Shown piece after piece: positions 60,547 to 64,000 of a DNA stretch of 64,000 bases (positions are counted from its first letter, which is position 1; each line of letters starts with the position of its first letter). Position numbers and translations under genes: made by a program. Origin of the DNA: an uncultured Clostridia bacterium (GTDB lineage Bacteria > Bacillota > Clostridia > Christensenellales > UBA3700); NCBI GenBank assembly GCA_947246685.1, contig CAMXSN010000001.1, positions 273,643 through 337,642 on the forward strand, written 5' to 3'. Below the pieces are notes generated by a model, which saw only the letters and a program-made list of their open reading frames with translations, did not search any database and had not been told where the DNA came from.

Positions 60547-60664
60547 TTTTAATTCCTCCTATAATTGTCATAATAACACACAGAATTTGTGTGCTCATAA
60601 TTATATATTCCTCCGCGTAGAATTATGTTACAGCATTGCAGGGCGCCGGAATTTCCGTCACAAT

Positions 60665-60706
60665 AAAAAAATCAAGCCGCGATTTCAAATGCCGGCTTGA
60701 TTTTTA
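60665..60706 (-). terminator. Rho-independent terminator after engB
   Basis: Minus strand: ATCAAGCCGGC-N10-GCGGCTTGAT (one mismatch) followed by TTTTTTTATT. Confidence 0.8.
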
Positions 60707-60787
60707 AACTAGATTACATATTGTTATAAAATTTGAGAATTATTATAAAATTAACGATAATTTGTAAGTATTCGAGCCTTATGTAGT

Positions 60788-61381
60788 CTAATTGCAAGTA
60801 TTTATCAGATGCTCGATTTTTTCAAGCACTAATTCTTTTCCGATTTTTGACTGAGATGAGACAACGGTTATGTTGTCTGTTCCAAGGCATAATTGCGAAG
60901 CTATCGCCTGCTTTTGCTTATTGCAAGCCTGCTTGGAAAGCTTGTCGCATTTGGTGGCGATAACGCTGAAAGGAATGTTATGATGATGCATATAAGCCAC
61001 CATCTGTTTGTCCAAAGCAGTCGGATCGTGACGTATATCTACAAGCAAAAACACGTTGATCAGTCTCCTACTCCCCAATAGATATCCGCCGATAAGCTCG
61101 TCCCAATTATCTTTGACGCTGCCCGATACTTTTGCATATCCGTATCCCGGCAAATCAACCAACATCAGCTGTCCCTTATTCAATTCAAAATAATTGAGCA
61201 ATCGCGTCTTGCCGGGCGTCGACGACGTCTTAGCCATACTCCTATTGTTGACAAGATAATTTATAAACGACGATTTTCCAACGTTAGACTTCCCCGCAAT
61301 GGCTATCTCGGGCATTCCGTAATCCTCGCATTTTCTACAATCCGCCACTGACGTGACGAATCTGCACTGTTTTATATCCAT
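60788..61381 (-). CDS. engB: Ribosome biogenesis GTPase EngB/YsxC
   Basis: The start MDIKQCRF at 61381 has an AAGGAG SD. G1 motif AGKSNVGKSSFIN and DLPGYGYA. The track ORF is extended by 39 aa. Confidence 0.93.
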   Translation of the reverse strand: MDIKQCRFVTSVADCRKCEDYGMPEIAIAGKSNVGKSSFINYLVNNRSMAKTSSTPGKTRLLNYFELNKGQLMLVDLPGYGYAKVSGSVKDNWDELIGGYLLGSRRLINVFLLVDIRHDPTALDKQMVAYMHHHNIPFSVIATKCDKLSKQACNKQKQAIASQLCLGTDNITVVSSQSKIGKELVLEKIEHLINTCN

Positions 61382-61436
61382 ATTTAAGTACTCCTTAAAA
61401 AATCGCTTCCCGTATATGTTTGGGAAGCGAAATAAT

Positions 61437-63749
61437 TTATCTGATATTGACTCCGCATGCGCGTTCAAAAACCGTAGAAATGTTGTCAGCCAACACAAAA
61501 TCTATACTGTCAAGCACGCTTTGCGGCAATTCCTGCATATCCTTCTTGTTTTGCCCGGGGATAATAACCGTCTTAATGCCGCTTCTCTGCGCTGCCAACG
61601 TCTTCTCTTTTAATCCTCCGATAGCCAATACTTTACCGCGCAGCGTAATTTCGCCAGTCATAGCCAAACTTTCTTTGACGCTTTTGCCCGTAAACGCGGA
61701 TAATACGGCCGTCGCCAAAGCTATACCCGCGCTCGGACCGTCCTTAGGCGTGGCACCCGCAGGCACGTGGATATGAATATCGTTTTTATTAAAAAGCTGT
61801 TCTTCAAGCCCGAGACTCTCCGCATTGCTCTTAATTAGCGAAACAGCTATCTCCGCCGACTCTTTCATCACTTCGCCAAGACTGCCCGTTAGCAATATCT
61901 TACCGCTGCCGTAAGGCAACAGCCTCACTTCAATCGGCATAGTCACTCCGCCTACGCTTGTCCACGCAAGTCCGTTGACCGCTCCTATTTCTCCGCTGAC
62001 CACGTCGTTGTCGCCTTGATATCTCTTAACTCCGAGATACTCCTCTATATTACCTTCCGACAAAGTGTAAGAAACGTTTTCGCCGCCGACAATTTTGGTA
62101 GCAATCTTTCTGCACACGTTGGCTATTTGCCTTTCGAGTTCTCTCACGCCCGACTCTTTGGTATATCCGTCGATAATAGCTAAAAGCGCGCTGTCGCCGA
62201 ATTCTACCTCGCACAGTTCCAGACCGTTTTGTATCTTCTGCTTAGGAACAAGATAACGTTTGGCAATCTCTAGCTTCTCCGGCACTGTATATCCGTCCAT
62301 TTCGATTATTTCCATTCTGTCCAAAAGCGGCTTTTGGATATTGGCAAGAGAATTTGCGGTCATTATGAACATAACCTGGGACAGATCGAACGGTATTTCC
62401 AAATAATTATCCCTGAAGTTCATATTTTGATTAGGATCGAGCACTTCCAACATAGCGCTCGACGGATCTCCGCGCATATCTTGAGTCATCTTGTCAATCT
62501 CGTCGAACAAGAACAGCGGATTGGACGTCTTTGCCTTTGACATGCATGAAATAATTCTGCCCGGCATAGCTCCGACGTAAGTCTTTCTATGACCCCTTAT
62601 CTCAGCCTCGTCTCTTATGCCGCCTAAACTCATATGCAAATACTCCTTGCCCAATGCGCGGGCAATGGATTGCGCGATCGAAGTTTTGCCGACGCCGGGA
62701 GAACCGACAAGACAGATTATAGGCGCTTTGTTTTTATCTCCAGCCAGTTTTTTGACAGCAATAGCCTCGACTATTCTTTTCTTGACCTTTTCTATTCCGT
62801 AATGATCTTCATCCAGCACTCGTCTGATATGTTCAAGATCGTAATTATCCTGCGTATACACTCCCCACGGCAAAGCCAGCGCAACGTCAAGATAATTCCT
62901 GATAATCGCATATTCGGGAGAAGATACATTCATTCTTTCCATTCTGCTCATTTCTTTGAGCAATTTATCCTTTACCTCGTCGCTTGCAATGAGCGAATTA
63001 ATCTTTTCTTTAAGTTCTTCGTACTCTTTATCGTCGTCGCCCAGCTCTTTCTTGATTACTTTTATCTGTTCCCTGAGCAAAAATTCTCTCTGATTTGCCT
63101 TGAGATTGACGTCCAATTTTTTATCTATATCCCTAAGCACGTTGATCTTATAGGCTTCCATTTTCAGCGTTGCCGAGAGTTTCTGCGCCCTTATTTCGCA
63201 ATTACCCTCGTCAAGATAACTCTGTTTGTCCAGATCAGCAATCCCCTCGGCAATAAGATCCATCAAGGTATAAATATCCTGCATTTTTTCATAGGCAAGC
63301 CACACCGACTGCCTAACGGGATAACTGAGTTTCTCCAAAGTCTTGAGATCTTTATATAAGATGCCTTTATAGAGCATCTCTTTGGATTCGCTGTCAAATC
63401 TCGTTCCGCCGTCGCTCTCTACATCCGCCCACGGCAATCCGTCCTCGGAGCTCACTTCGATAAGCCTGCCTCTTGCTATGCCGTCCAAGTGAATAGTGAC
63501 TAGCTTGTCCGCTTTTTCCTTGAAATCGGAAACCTTGCATATCGTACCGTATTCGCACAGATTGTTCGTATCGTCTGTCGAACGGCTCTTAGCGGCTGTT
63601 TTGACTGCGAAAATCAACGAATTTTCCGGATCTATTCTTTTCAGCGAGGCAACGTTATTGCGCCCTACCGCGTCGATCCTTTTCGGAACGTTTGGTAAAA
63701 GCGTCTCGTCCGCCAACACTAATATTGGTAATTTCATAATTCTTGACAT
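61437..63749 (-). CDS. lon: ATP-dependent Lon protease
   Basis: Walker A GSPGVGKTSIA. The catalytic Ser lies in PKDGPSAGIA. An N-terminal LON domain is present. Confidence 0.97.
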   Translation of the reverse strand: MSRIMKLPILVLADETLLPNVPKRIDAVGRNNVASLKRIDPENSLIFAVKTAAKSRSTDDTNNLCEYGTICKVSDFKEKADKLVTIHLDGIARGRLIEVSSEDGLPWADVESDGGTRFDSESKEMLYKGILYKDLKTLEKLSYPVRQSVWLAYEKMQDIYTLMDLIAEGIADLDKQSYLDEGNCEIRAQKLSATLKMEAYKINVLRDIDKKLDVNLKANQREFLLREQIKVIKKELGDDDKEYEELKEKINSLIASDEVKDKLLKEMSRMERMNVSSPEYAIIRNYLDVALALPWGVYTQDNYDLEHIRRVLDEDHYGIEKVKKRIVEAIAVKKLAGDKNKAPIICLVGSPGVGKTSIAQSIARALGKEYLHMSLGGIRDEAEIRGHRKTYVGAMPGRIISCMSKAKTSNPLFLFDEIDKMTQDMRGDPSSAMLEVLDPNQNMNFRDNYLEIPFDLSQVMFIMTANSLANIQKPLLDRMEIIEMDGYTVPEKLEIAKRYLVPKQKIQNGLELCEVEFGDSALLAIIDGYTKESGVRELERQIANVCRKIATKIVGGENVSYTLSEGNIEEYLGVKRYQGDNDVVSGEIGAVNGLAWTSVGGVTMPIEVRLLPYGSGKILLTGSLGEVMKESAEIAVSLIKSNAESLGLEEQLFNKNDIHIHVPAGATPKDGPSAGIALATAVLSAFTGKSVKESLAMTGEITLRGKVLAIGGLKEKTLAAQRSGIKTVIIPGQNKKDMQELPQSVLDSIDFVLADNISTVFERACGVNIR

Positions 63750-63822
63750 ATTTTCTCCTTAGTCAAAGAATACGAATAATTTGAATTATTATTCGTATTC
63801 CCTTATAATTGCAAGATTATTA

Positions 63823-64000
63823 TTACTTTTTCTCCACCGTCGGCCGTTTTTTGCCGGACACAACGTCTTTTGTTATAATAATTTTGGAAATCGTATCGTC
63901 TGTGGGAATATCGTACATGAGTTCCAACATAAGATTTTCGAGCACGGATCTCAATCCCCTCGCGCCCGTATTCAGTTTTATCGCCTGAGCCGCAATTTCT
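63823..64000 (-). CDS. clpX: ClpX ATPase, C-terminal fragment (runs off window end)
   Basis: My translation is EIAAQAIKLNTGARGLRSVLENLMLELMYDIPTDDTISKIIITKDVVSGKKRPTVEKK*. The clpX-lon-engB order is typical of Firmicutes. Confidence 0.85.
   Translation of the reverse strand, partial: EIAAQAIKLNTGARGLRSVLENLMLELMYDIPTDDTISKIIITKDVVSGKKRPTVEKK

Noticed and set aside
60547-60600. A 27-codon upstream ORF (MSTQILCVIMTIIGGIKNVIFQQLQVG) overlapping the start of the Cys-rich gene.
   Set aside because: The SD-to-ATG spacing is about 11 nt and the ORF is out of frame with the main gene. It overlaps the much better AGGAGG SD of the main gene and is probably fortuitous.

Overview
This 64 kb window is a fully co-oriented block of core genes from a low-GC, endospore-forming Firmicute, most likely class Clostridia. 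Three things point to that lineage: pro-sigma-E/sigma-G/sigma-K plus spoIIGA, a SCIFF peptide with its radical-SAM maturase, and a type-A RNase P RNA. Every gene I can support lies on the minus strand, and the plus-strand ORFs in the track are shadow frames. In transcription order (high to low coordinates) the window holds: clpX(partial)-lon-engB; a Cys-rich orphan; a metallophosphoesterase; the dcw cluster (mraZ-rsmH-X-pbp-murE-mraY-murD-ftsW-murA-ftsQ-ftsA-ftsZ) joined to spoIIGA-sigE-sigG-ylmC-nrdR-sigK; rnpB; a 2520-aa cyclic beta-1,2-glucan-synthase-like giant; rarA; an ABC exporter pair; ruvX; yebC-proA-ruvCAB-queA-tgt-yajC; a DUF5131-like Fe-S candidate; a small membrane protein; scfA/scfB; and rpsB-tsf-pyrH-frr-uppS-cdsA-dxr-rseP-ispG-(PolC-like exonuclease)-rimP-nusA-ylxR-ylxQ-infB-rbfA-nrnA-truB-ribF(partial). 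I found no CRISPR array, transposase, integrase, tRNA/rRNA gene or recognisable defence island, so most of the window is ordinary housekeeping sequence. The items worth a second look are listed here. (1) A 57-aa six-cysteine SCIFF precursor that is missing from the ORF track. (2) A 533-aa protein built like the PolC N-terminus (NTD + OB + DEDDh exonuclease) but with no polymerase, sitting in the polC slot. (3) The giant GT84+GH94 glucan synthase embedded in core genes. (4) A 15-Cys orphan protein with a sigma-E-like promoter. (5) A Q/N/Y-rich bitopic protein in the ftsL slot of the dcw cluster. (6) A recurring promoter geometry of -10 hexamer, 6 nt, then ATG, with no Shine-Dalgarno, in front of at least five genes, which suggests leaderless mRNAs. 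(7) A 14-bp perfect palindrome present in three exact copies. (8) An unexplained GC-rich structured spacer between queA and tgt. All functional calls come from motif recognition by eye; no database search was run.
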